Source: Dehalococcoidales bacterium (lineage in GTDB: Bacteria; Chloroflexota; Dehalococcoidia; Dehalococcoidales; RBG-16-60-22). From it: DNA of 60,841 nucleotides. The stretch spans positions 1 through 60,841 of the forward strand of contig JAQTMM010000002.1 of assembly GCA_028714335.1 (NCBI GenBank), written 5' to 3'. Below are positions 45,469-53,329 of this stretch, piece after piece; positions within the stretch are counted from its first letter, which is position 1; every line of letters begins with the position of its first letter. The notes beneath the pieces are model-generated. The model ran no database searches and was not told the origin of the DNA. It was given only the letters and a program-made list of their open reading frames with translations. A program made the position numbers and the translations under genes.

Positions 45469-45781
45469 AAATAAAGGGTAAGGCGTGGGGTTTTAATTGT
45501 CAAGGAGACTCCCTCGACTACACCTCGACAAGGTCAGTGTAAACGTTCGGGATAAAGAGAATGAATAGGATTGGTTTAAAAATAAAATTTTATTTTAGCT
45601 TCAATTTGGGGTTATTCGTTTGTGGTTTTATGTTAAATTAGCTTTGACTGGCGGCACCGGCGGTATTTTCTTAAAATATTTTATGTTAAATGTTATCACT
45701 GCTGCCCTTTCATGAGTATTATAGGGGGTGGGAGGAGAAAAGCGAAGGGGATTTTGGCGGGGGATGACACCACCCAATCAC

Positions 45782-45810
45782 GAGATTCTTCGTTACGCTC
45801 AGAATGACAG
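45782..45810. repeat. Solo degenerate copy of the GIY-YIG element end repeat
   Basis: GAGATTCTTCGTTACGCTCAGAATGACAG resembles the right end of element A (GATTCTGGCCTTCGCCAGAATGAC) but has a decayed stem. No GIY-YIG gene is attached. Confidence 0.35.
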
Positions 45811-45879
45811 GCTTTTATGAAAGAGGGAGACTAGTGAGGGTATTTTTTTAAATAGGATTTTAGTTGTCAAAAATCCATT

Positions 45880-46392
45880 TTAAGCCAACAGGTTCTTTTC
45901 CAGTACTTTTTGAATTTCTTCAGGGTAGCTGGCTACTATGAAAGGATCGAGATACGGCAAATACTCCATTTGACGTGAGTGCTCCATAAACGCAAAACCG
46001 CACCGGTGATGCCCCCGACAGTTATCCTCGCCGCAGCGGCATTCCCATTCTTTGCCGAACATATTACATAAACTGTACTCCAAAGTGAGTTCCTCATTTT
46101 TGGCAATATCGCATATAGCGATACAGTACATTGCCTTGTTGACGGTATAGTAAAACATGTTCGGCCGGCAGGAATGATTAAAGTAGCGGTACGGCTCGGC
46201 GAGTAATAGTGTCTCACCGTCGGGGGCATAGTGGCAATGGTAATACATCTCACCCTGGGCAGGGTCGAGCGGATGCTCTTTAGTGACGGTTCTGGTGATT
46301 TCTACTTTGCAGACAACCGAGTGCTTACGAATCGTTTTGGTGGTAAAGACGCCTTTACCATTGATATTAGAATCCCTTAGCTCAAGAGACAT
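45880..46392 (-). CDS. SET domain protein (putative protein-lysine methyltransferase)
   Basis: 170 aa with GKGVFTT, RYFNHSCRPN, NEELTLEY and a post-SET-like CRCGEDNCRG. The gene is visibly AT-rich compared with its neighbours. Confidence 0.85.
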   Translation of the reverse strand: MSLELRDSNINGKGVFTTKTIRKHSVVCKVEITRTVTKEHPLDPAQGEMYYHCHYAPDGETLLLAEPYRYFNHSCRPNMFYYTVNKAMYCIAICDIAKNEELTLEYSLCNMFGKEWECRCGEDNCRGHHRCGFAFMEHSRQMEYLPYLDPFIVASYPEEIQKVLEKNLLA

Positions 46393-46489
46393 AAATCACC
46401 TCACTCTTATTTTTGTATTTACTAAGATAAAAGCTGGCGCAACTTATGTCTTTTACATCTTCGCTCCCTGGTTACTTAGATATATTATA

Positions 46490-46531
46490 CTACTTCCCTG
46501 TCTCCAGCCGCATAATCAATTGCAGCGGCAG
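46490..46531. repeat. Direct repeat copy 1 (duplicate of the 3' end of the metallophosphoesterase gene)
   Basis: CTACTTCCCTGTCTCCAGCCGCATAATCAATTGCAGCGGCAG matches 46931-46972 at 41 of 42 positions. Confidence 0.85.
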
Positions 46532-46543
46532 CCTAGACAATAG

Positions 46544-46922
46544 GTCATTGCGAGTCCTTCTTAAGAAGGACGTGGCAATCTCCATTTCAGTTTTACATCC
46601 ATTCTTCGGATAAATTACGCCAATTCGGATTTATTGTAGTAATTAATGCTACCTTTGCTTCTCTCGACCAGCTTTTTATTTGCTTTTCTCTTAGAATACA
46701 ACTCTCAATACTTTCGCCTGTTTCATAATAAACAAGTTTATTAATGTTGTATTTGGCTGTAAATCCTTTAACCAATTTATGTTTATGTTCATAGATTCTT
46801 CTAATTAGGTCATTAGTTATAACTGTATAGGTAACCGTATTTGTATCATTAGTCATGATATACACGTAATATTGCCTATTCATAGATTGAGATTGCCACG
46901 TCACTACGTTCCTCGCAATGAC
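46544..46922 (-). mobile_element. GIY-YIG mini-element B: small GIY-YIG gene bounded by approximately 37-bp inverted repeats
   Basis: The left end is GTCATTGCGAG-TCCTTCTTAAGAAGGA-CGTGGCAATCTC (46544-46582). The reverse complement of the right end (46889-46922) is GTCATTGCGAG-GAACGTAGTGA-CGTGGCAATCTC. The termini GTCATT/AATGAC are shared with element A. Confidence 0.55.
46593..46883 (-). CDS. GIY-YIG nuclease family protein (small YhbQ/UPF0213-like), copy 2
   Basis: YYVYIMTNDTNTV...NDLIRRIYEHK...REKQIKSWSREAK. I prefer the ATG at 46883 (MNRQYYVY). The ORF-track GTG at 46904 lies inside the terminal repeat. Confidence 0.85.
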   Translation of the reverse strand: MNRQYYVYIMTNDTNTVTYTVITNDLIRRIYEHKHKLVKGFTAKYNINKLVYYETGESIESCILREKQIKSWSREAKVALITTINPNWRNLSEEWM

Positions 46923-46930
46923 AGACTTGT

Positions 46931-46972
46931 CTACTTCCCTGTCTCCAGCCGCATAATCAACTGCAGCGGCAG
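46931..46972. repeat. Direct repeat copy 2 (the functional 3' end of the metallophosphoesterase gene)
   Basis: CTACTTCCCTGTCTCCAGCCGCATAATCAACTGCAGCGGCAG encodes the last 13 codons plus the stop codon of the CDS at 46931-47662. Confidence 0.85.
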
Positions 46973-47662
46973 GCCCGCCTGCGCCATCTTATCCTGCACG
47001 GAGCGCACGTCGTACTCCACGCGGTAAAATCGTAGGAAATGGTCGTCGGTGTCGTAAATAACGTAGCTAGCGCGCGGGTCGCCGTCCCTGGGCTGCCCCA
47101 CCGCCCCCGGATTGATTATCGTCTTTTCATCGCTCAAGAGGAATCCCTTGTTCGCCATAATCATCGGCGCCGATATTTTTTCCGGTTCCTGACGGAAGAC
47201 CGCCGGCGCGTGCGTATGCCCCACCAGGCAATACTTCGTATCGAAAAAGTTAAAGTTCCGCTCGGCGTTGCCGGTGGAGATGATGTATTCAAAAAGCGGC
47301 GAGGCCGGGCTGCCATGCACCAGCATAAAGTCGCCGATTTGCGCCTCTTCCGGCAGCTTTCCCAGGTAAAGCATGTCCGCCGCGCTTAACTTATCCATCG
47401 TCCACTCTAAAGCCATCGCCGCGAAGGGGTTGAAGTTTTGCATTTCTATTTGCCCAATAGCCCCCCGGTCATGGTTGCCTGCCACGCATACGCCGTCCAG
47501 CTCCTTGACGAGCGCAATGCACTCGGCGGGTTCCGGCCCGTACCCCACAATGTCCCCGAGGCACCATATCTCGCCTACCGCCCCTTGCCTGGCGGCGTCT
47601 TTCAGCACAGCCTCGAGCGCCGTCAGGTTGCCATGTATGTCCGCGATGATTAAGTACCGCAT
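46931..47662 (-). CDS. Metallophosphoesterase (YfcE/MJ0936-like)
   Basis: 243 aa with the motifs ADIHGN, GDIVGYG, GNHD and GHTH. Confidence 0.85.
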   Translation of the reverse strand: MRYLIIADIHGNLTALEAVLKDAARQGAVGEIWCLGDIVGYGPEPAECIALVKELDGVCVAGNHDRGAIGQIEMQNFNPFAAMALEWTMDKLSAADMLYLGKLPEEAQIGDFMLVHGSPASPLFEYIISTGNAERNFNFFDTKYCLVGHTHAPAVFRQEPEKISAPMIMANKGFLLSDEKTIINPGAVGQPRDGDPRASYVIYDTDDHFLRFYRVEYDVRSVQDKMAQAGLPLQLIMRLETGK

Positions 47663-47747
47663 CGTTCACTTAATATAACAGGTTTTACCGCATAAAGAAA
47701 GGGTATTGCCCCAACCGCCGCTGGTTGAATGTGTTATAATTTTTAAC

Positions 47748-48734
47748 GTGAAAGTGAAGCAACTCGGCGAGTTCGGGCTGATTGACCGGCTCGAAAAAAT
47801 GATTGCCGCCGCCGGCGTTAGTAAAGCCCCCCGCCTCCTCCTCGGCATCGGCGACGATACGGCTGCCTGGCAGAGCGACGGCGCGGTGCAGATTGCCACG
47901 GTGGATACGATGGTCGAGGGCATTCACTTTACGCCGGATACCGCTACCTGGCGGGAAGTCGGCTGGAAGTCTTTAGCCATCAATTTAAGCGACATCGCGG
48001 CGATGGGCGGCATCCCTAAGTACGCGTTAATTGCCCTCACCCTGCCCGATACAACCGAGGTTGCCGATATTACCGACCTCTACAAAGGCATGATAGATAT
48101 CGCTAAGGAATACAAAACCGCCATCGTTGGCGGCAACATCAGTAAAGCGCCGCAGGTCTCAATTACCGTTACCATTTTCGGCTCCGCCACAGGCAACATC
48201 CTCCGACGCGCTAACGCTAAAGCGGGAGACGTTATTGCTGTGACCGGTTACGCGGGCAGCGCCGCCGCCGGACTACAGATGCTGACGAAAAAGCTCAAAC
48301 TTAAGGCGGCGGACGCCAAATACCTCCATAACGCTTTCCTCCACCCCATTCCCCGAATTTCCGAAGGGCAGCTCCTCGTTAAAAGCGGGATAACCTGCGC
48401 TGTTGACACCTCCGACGGCCTGCTGGCTGACCTGCGTCACATCTGCGAGGCGAGTAAGGCAGCCGCCAAGGTCAACGTTGACCTCGTCCCCATTCACGAC
48501 GCCGTAAAAAACAACTTCAAGAAACAGGCTTTAGAACTGGCTCTGGGCGGCGGCGAGGATTACGAACTCCTTTTCACCGGCAGCAAGGACGCTGTGAATA
48601 AAGTAAAAAAAGCCGCCAAGTGCCCGGTGACCGTAATCGGGGAAATGGTTAAGGGCGCGGCGGGCAAAATAGATTTGGTTGATAACCGCGGCAGGCCCGT
48701 GAAAATCCAACACGCGGGCTGGACGCATTTTTAG
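47748..48734 (+). CDS. thiL: Thiamine-monophosphate kinase
   Basis: LGEFGLIDRL and GIGDDTA motifs, with an AIR-synthase-like fold. I prefer the GTG at 47748 to the ORF-track start at 47706. Confidence 0.85.
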   Translation: MKVKQLGEFGLIDRLEKMIAAAGVSKAPRLLLGIGDDTAAWQSDGAVQIATVDTMVEGIHFTPDTATWREVGWKSLAINLSDIAAMGGIPKYALIALTLPDTTEVADITDLYKGMIDIAKEYKTAIVGGNISKAPQVSITVTIFGSATGNILRRANAKAGDVIAVTGYAGSAAAGLQMLTKKLKLKAADAKYLHNAFLHPIPRISEGQLLVKSGITCAVDTSDGLLADLRHICEASKAAAKVNVDLVPIHDAVKNNFKKQALELALGGGEDYELLFTGSKDAVNKVKKAAKCPVTVIGEMVKGAAGKIDLVDNRGRPVKIQHAGWTHF

Positions 48735-48749
48735 ACGACGGGAGACGTT

Positions 48750-49211
48750 ATGGCTGTAATTCCTAAAGTGGTGCTGAATACCGACCTCAACGAGGGCTTT
48801 TGCTTCGGGTGCGGTAAGCACAACCCCATCGGCATGAAGTTAAAGTTCACTAAAGACGGCGACGCCATCCGCGCCGAGTTTAAGCCGGACAAATTCCACC
48901 AGGGCTGGCCGGGCCTACTGCACGGCGGCATTGTTATGACGCTTTTGGATGAGGCCATGTCCAACGTCGCTTACGCCACCGGGGAGACGACCCTCACCGC
49001 GCGCATGGAAGTCGTCTGGCGGCAGCCCGTCAAGGTCGCCGAAACGTTAGTGGTCTCCGCCTGGATTATCCGCCACCGCAAGAAGGTCATCGAGACCGCC
49101 GGCAAGGTGGCACTTAAGGACGGCACGGTGATTGCCGAAAGCACCGCCAAGCAGTTCGTCGCCGTCAACGCCGCCGAGGACAAAGTGAAGGAGAAACGCT
49201 CTCATGTCTAG
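48750..49211 (+). CDS. PaaI-family hotdog-fold thioesterase
   Basis: 153 aa with the segment HQGWPGLLHGGIVMTLLDEAM. Confidence 0.8.
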   Translation: MAVIPKVVLNTDLNEGFCFGCGKHNPIGMKLKFTKDGDAIRAEFKPDKFHQGWPGLLHGGIVMTLLDEAMSNVAYATGETTLTARMEVVWRQPVKVAETLVVSAWIIRHRKKVIETAGKVALKDGTVIAESTAKQFVAVNAAEDKVKEKRSHV

Positions 49212-49866
49212 CGCCCGCCTAGAGGCTGTGCTCTGGGACATGGACGGCGTTATTGCCGACACCGCGGATTTTCATTACGGCGCCTGGCGCGATATTTTTA
49301 AAGAGTACGGTTTCTCTTTCAGCAAAGAGGACTTTATGAAGTTTTTCGGGCGCCGCCACGATACGATTATCCGGTTCGCCCTCGGTGACAAGATATCACC
49401 GGAGAAGATAAAAGAAATATCCGACAAGAAAAACATCATTTACCGCCGCAACGTAGCTAAAGACTTGATACCCCTCCCCGGAGCTGTTGCATTGATAAAG
49501 TCGCTTAAAGCAACCAATATCAAGTCGGCGATAGCTTCCTCGGCAACGCCGGCGAATATTGACGTTATTATCAAGGGCCTTGGCATTGAAAACGACTTCC
49601 AGGCTATCGCCCACGGCACCGAGGTCGCCGAAGGCAAACCCAGTCCCGAGATATTTCAACTCGCCGCAAAAAAGCTCGGCGTGCCCCCCGCCAACTGCCT
49701 CGTCATCGAGGACGCTATCGCGGGCGTGACCGCCGCCAAACGCGCCGGCATGAAGTGCCTGGCGGTGACCAACAGCCACTCTTCGGAAAACCTTAAAAAC
49801 GCCGACCTTGTTGTTGACAGCCTGGAAAAGGTTGATATAGCAACATTAAAAAAACTATTTGATTGA
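49204..49866 (+). CDS. HAD family hydrolase (beta-phosphoglucomutase-like subfamily)
   Basis: 220 aa with DMDGVIADT motif I, SS motif II and EDAIAGVTAAKRAGM motif IV. Confidence 0.85.
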   Translation: MSSARLEAVLWDMDGVIADTADFHYGAWRDIFKEYGFSFSKEDFMKFFGRRHDTIIRFALGDKISPEKIKEISDKKNIIYRRNVAKDLIPLPGAVALIKSLKATNIKSAIASSATPANIDVIIKGLGIENDFQAIAHGTEVAEGKPSPEIFQLAAKKLGVPPANCLVIEDAIAGVTAAKRAGMKCLAVTNSHSSENLKNADLVVDSLEKVDIATLKKLFD

Positions 49867-49878
49867 TAAGGAGTAATT

Positions 49879-50292
49879 ATGGAAAGGTCTCTGGTACTCA
49901 TTAAACCCGACGCTATGGAAAGGGAGCTTGCCGGTGCCATCATCGGGCGGCTGCAGGGCGCGGGGCTAAAGTTAATCGGGCTTAAAATGCTGCATCTGGA
50001 TGACGCCCTAGCAGGCAAACACTACGCTATCCATAAGGAAAAACCGTTTTTTAAAGACCTGGTGGAATATATTACCTCCACTCCCATCGTCGCGGCTGCT
50101 TTTGAAGGGGATGATGCAATCGCCCGTATCCGCAAACTGATGGGCGCCACGGACCCCTCTAAAGCCGACGCCGGGACGATACGGAAAGACTACGGACTGG
50201 ACATTCAGCGCAACGCCACCCACGCCTCCGATTCCCCGGAAAACGGCTTGATAGAAATCGCCAACTTCTTTAAAAAGGATGAGCTTTTCTGA
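49879..50292 (+). CDS. ndk: Nucleoside-diphosphate kinase
   Basis: 137 aa with MERSLVLIKPDA and the active-site NATHASDS. Confidence 0.95.
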   Translation: MERSLVLIKPDAMERELAGAIIGRLQGAGLKLIGLKMLHLDDALAGKHYAIHKEKPFFKDLVEYITSTPIVAAAFEGDDAIARIRKLMGATDPSKADAGTIRKDYGLDIQRNATHASDSPENGLIEIANFFKKDELF

Positions 50293-50297
50293 AAACT

Positions 50298-51068
50298 ATG
50301 AAGGTATTCGATAAGGTAAAAAAAGGATTCCTTTCTTCAGTAAACTTCTTCAAGGCTCTGCCGCCGGTGAGGCTCTGGCAGCTATTGGCGGTTTTTGCTC
50401 TAGTCGCCCTCATGGGCGTCAGCGCCGGTCTCGGCTACTCTTTAGCCCGCATCTCCGGCGAGCTGGAAGACACGAAAACCGATCTGGCGTCAACGCAAAC
50501 CGCTTTAGCCGATACCCGCGATACGTTACTCGATACCCAAAATGAATTGGCTTCGACAGAAGATTCGCTGACCGCCGTTCAAAACGATTTAACCCAGGCG
50601 ATTATCGATTTAGGCCACAGCCAGGCGGAAGCCGCGGATTACGCCGCCCAGCTTGCCGAAGTCCAATCCCTCTACGATAACTTGAGCCAGGGCTACAGTT
50701 TTATCGCGAATAATATCTCATATCTAGACGTGATTAATTTTCTTGCGAAAGACAAGACAGACCTTAATCTTTACAACTCGGATACCTACACGTGCTTCAA
50801 TTTCACCGCTGACGTTATCTCTAGCGCGCTTGAACAGCATATCTGGTGCGGATTTACTTACATACGCTTCACCGGTGGGAATGGGGCTCATGCGCTTGTT
50901 GCTTTTAATACATCAGATAGAGGGATAGTGTACTTCGAACCTCAAACAGATGATGAGGCAACTCCGGAAGTCGGCAAGCAATACTGGACGGAATGTTTCC
51001 CAGCAGGTCTTTTCAACAGCCCGGCCAATTACGACGATACAATAGAGTATATGGTTATAATCTGGTAA
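50298..51068 (+). CDS. Membrane-anchored coiled-coil protein with a C-terminal Cys/His-containing globular domain, function unknown
   Basis: 256 aa with one TM helix (LWQLLAVFALVALMGVSAGLGY). A repetitive T/D/L-rich coiled coil follows (DLASTQTALADTRDTLLDTQNELASTEDSL). The C-terminal domain contains YTCFNF...GAHALVAF...YFEPQTDD. Confidence 0.5.
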   Translation: MKVFDKVKKGFLSSVNFFKALPPVRLWQLLAVFALVALMGVSAGLGYSLARISGELEDTKTDLASTQTALADTRDTLLDTQNELASTEDSLTAVQNDLTQAIIDLGHSQAEAADYAAQLAEVQSLYDNLSQGYSFIANNISYLDVINFLAKDKTDLNLYNSDTYTCFNFTADVISSALEQHIWCGFTYIRFTGGNGAHALVAFNTSDRGIVYFEPQTDDEATPEVGKQYWTECFPAGLFNSPANYDDTIEYMVIIW

Positions 51069-51072
51069 AGCT

Positions 51073-51381
51073 TTATTGAATCCTTAAAATGGTCTTAGCG
51101 CTTTCCCAGAGTTCGTCGAGTTTATAGTAATCCCTTTCGTCCGTGCTAAAGATGTGGATGATAACGTCGGTATAGTCCAGCAGCAGCCAACCGGAATCGG
51201 TGCCCCCCTCGCGATGGTGCGGGAGTACACCCGCCTGCTTGAAGGTTTTTTCAATCTCGGCGCTGATGGTGTTAATCTGCCGCCCGCTTTCGCCGGAGCA
51301 AATGACAAAATAGTCTGCGAAGCTGCTGACTCCGCGCACGTCCAGCAAAACGATATTGCTTGCCTGCTTGTCGCTGGCCAT
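51073..51381 (-). CDS. rsfS: Ribosome silencing factor
   Basis: IVLLDVRGVSSFADYFVICSG and LLDYTDVIIHIF motifs are present. The true start is probably upstream, at an in-frame CTG at 51417 preceded by AGGAG (see findings). Confidence 0.85.
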   Translation of the reverse strand: MASDKQASNIVLLDVRGVSSFADYFVICSGESGRQINTISAEIEKTFKQAGVLPHHREGGTDSGWLLLDYTDVIIHIFSTDERDYYKLDELWESAKTILRIQ

Positions 51382-51495
51382 ATTTACGGCTTTCCGGGCT
51401 AATTCTAGAGCTTCCAGTTTATTCTCCTGTCTTTCTCAACCAGATTATACCACAGTTTTGTATAGCATAGACTCTTGCGATATACTTAAAAAGAT

Positions 51496-52212
51496 ATGGC
51501 GACCAAACCACTCATTAAAGCCCTCACCGAAGCCGGCATCGGCTCGCGCCGCCGTATGACGGACGCTATTAAGCAGGGCAAGGTAAAGGTCAACGGCGCG
51601 GCAGCCGAATCGTTCAACCACCTCGTAGACCTCGCCAAAGACCACATCCAGCTCAACGGGCAAGACGTCAGCCTCCAGCCCGATACGGTCATCTGCCTGC
51701 TGCTCAATAAACCTGTTGGCGTCGTCTCCACCACCAGCGACGAAAAAGGCCGCGGCACAGTCCTTTCCATCCTCCCCGACAACTACCGCCGCCACCGGCT
51801 CTATCCCGTGGGGCGCCTGGACATTGACACCACCGGGCTCCTCCTCCTCACCAACGACGGCGCTTTAACCTACCGCCTCACCCATCCTAAATTCGAGTAC
51901 GAAAAAGAGTATCTGGTAGCTATTAAAAGCAAAATGACCATTCAGGAAATACAGCAGCTGCAGCGCGGCGTTCCGCTGGAGGACGGTATGTCCTACCCTG
52001 CCAAAATCAGAGAGATTTCCCAACCCCCATTCAACTACAGCGTCATCATCCACGAGGGTAAAAAGCGGCAGGTCCGCCGCATGTTCGAGTACCTCCGCTA
52101 CCACGTCACCGCTCTAAAGCGCATCCGCCTCGGTAATCTTACTTTGGGGAATCTTAAAGAGGGCGAGGTTCGCCGCCTCACGACCAAAGAAATATCAGCT
52201 CTGCTCAGGTAA
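51496..52212 (+). CDS. Pseudouridine synthase, RsuA/RluB family (S4 domain + catalytic domain)
   Basis: 238 aa with S4 domain (SRRRMTDAIKQGKVKVNG) and the catalytic motif GRLDIDTTGLLLLTNDG. Confidence 0.85.
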   Translation: MATKPLIKALTEAGIGSRRRMTDAIKQGKVKVNGAAAESFNHLVDLAKDHIQLNGQDVSLQPDTVICLLLNKPVGVVSTTSDEKGRGTVLSILPDNYRRHRLYPVGRLDIDTTGLLLLTNDGALTYRLTHPKFEYEKEYLVAIKSKMTIQEIQQLQRGVPLEDGMSYPAKIREISQPPFNYSVIIHEGKKRQVRRMFEYLRYHVTALKRIRLGNLTLGNLKEGEVRRLTTKEISALLR

Positions 52213-52215
52213 CAA

Positions 52216-53229
52216 CTACATAAACAAATGTATCAGGTAGAAGCACCCCAGCCCGATTATCCCCGCGCCGGGTATTGTGAATATCCATGCCCAAACTATA
52301 CGCAGCGTTACACCCCACCGCACCGCCGTCAATCTTTGCACCGACCCCACCCCCGCTATCGCTCCGGTGATTACGTGCGTCGTGCTGACGGGTATGCCCA
52401 TGTGGGTGGAAAGGAAAATACTGGAAGCCGCTGCCGTTTCGGCGCAAAAGCCGTCTATCGGCCTTAGCTTGGTAATGCGCTGCCCCATGGTCTTAACGAT
52501 ACGCCAGCCCCCGGTGAGTGTCCCTAAAGCGATGGCGGCGTGGGCGCTTAAGACGACCCATAAAGGCACGCTGAACTCGGTGTTGAGTCCGCCGGCCACC
52601 AGCAGGCTGGCGATTATACCCATTGTTTTTTGCGCGTCGTTGCCGCCATGTCCCAAGCTGAAAGCCGCCGCCGAAAACAACTGTGCCACACGCGACCATT
52701 TATCGATTTTATCCGGTCTTTGACGGTAAACAATCCACGTGGTAATAACCTTTATCAGCAGCCCCATTACCATACCGATTAACGGAGCCAGAATAATAAA
52801 AACCAGGATTCTTACCCAGGCATTATCCCAACTGAAGGCAAATATAATAGCCCCGAACCCGCCCTTGGCTATAGCCGCCCCCGCGTACCCGCCGATGAGC
52901 GCGTGTGAAGAACTGCTGGGCAGTCCGAAGTACCAGGTAATCAAGTTCCAGGCAATCGCTCCGATAAGCCCGGCCAGAATCACCGTCGGTGTTACGACGT
53001 TCAGGTCCACCATCCCCTTGCCGATGGTGGCCGCCACCCCTGTGCCGAATATCAGGAACGCTATAAAGTTGAAAAAAGCCGCCCAGATAACCGCCATGCG
53101 CGGCGAGAGCACTCTGGTGGAAACAACGGTGGAAATGGAGTTAGCGGCATCGTGCATGCCGTTAGTGAAGTCAAATACCAGAGCTATTATAATGATTGGT
53201 ACGATAAAAAATAGACTTGTTTCCATCAA
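52216..53229 (-). CDS. Inorganic phosphate transporter, PiT family
   Basis: 337 aa and polytopic, with the duplicated PiT signature regions GMHDAANSI and GGNDAQKTMG. Confidence 0.9.
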   Translation of the reverse strand: MMETSLFFIVPIIIIALVFDFTNGMHDAANSISTVVSTRVLSPRMAVIWAAFFNFIAFLIFGTGVAATIGKGMVDLNVVTPTVILAGLIGAIAWNLITWYFGLPSSSSHALIGGYAGAAIAKGGFGAIIFAFSWDNAWVRILVFIILAPLIGMVMGLLIKVITTWIVYRQRPDKIDKWSRVAQLFSAAAFSLGHGGNDAQKTMGIIASLLVAGGLNTEFSVPLWVVLSAHAAIALGTLTGGWRIVKTMGQRITKLRPIDGFCAETAAASSIFLSTHMGIPVSTTHVITGAIAGVGSVQRLTAVRWGVTLRIVWAWIFTIPGAGIIGLGCFYLIHLFM

Positions 53230-53329
53230 TATCTCTGATACTTGGTAGTATCTACCTCATTATACATCATTATTCCAACTTTACGAAAATTCTGCACTTT
53301 TGCTATACTGGTATGTTACGTAAAATACA

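Noticed and set aside
45069-45542. 157-aa plus-strand ORF
   Set aside because: It lies antisense to the rsmA 5' end and the SRP RNA. Its Pro/Arg/Ala-rich translation is typical of a GC-rich structured RNA read in frame.
45855-45877. Hairpin GGATTTT-N7-AAAATCC just downstream of the SET gene, considered as its terminator
   Set aside because: On the SET (minus) strand the stem is followed by an A-rich tract, not a U-rich one, so it does not fit an intrinsic terminator.
52739-53248. 169-aa plus-strand ORF, and another at 52277-52723
   Set aside because: They are antisense to the PiT phosphate transporter gene and are shadow ORFs.
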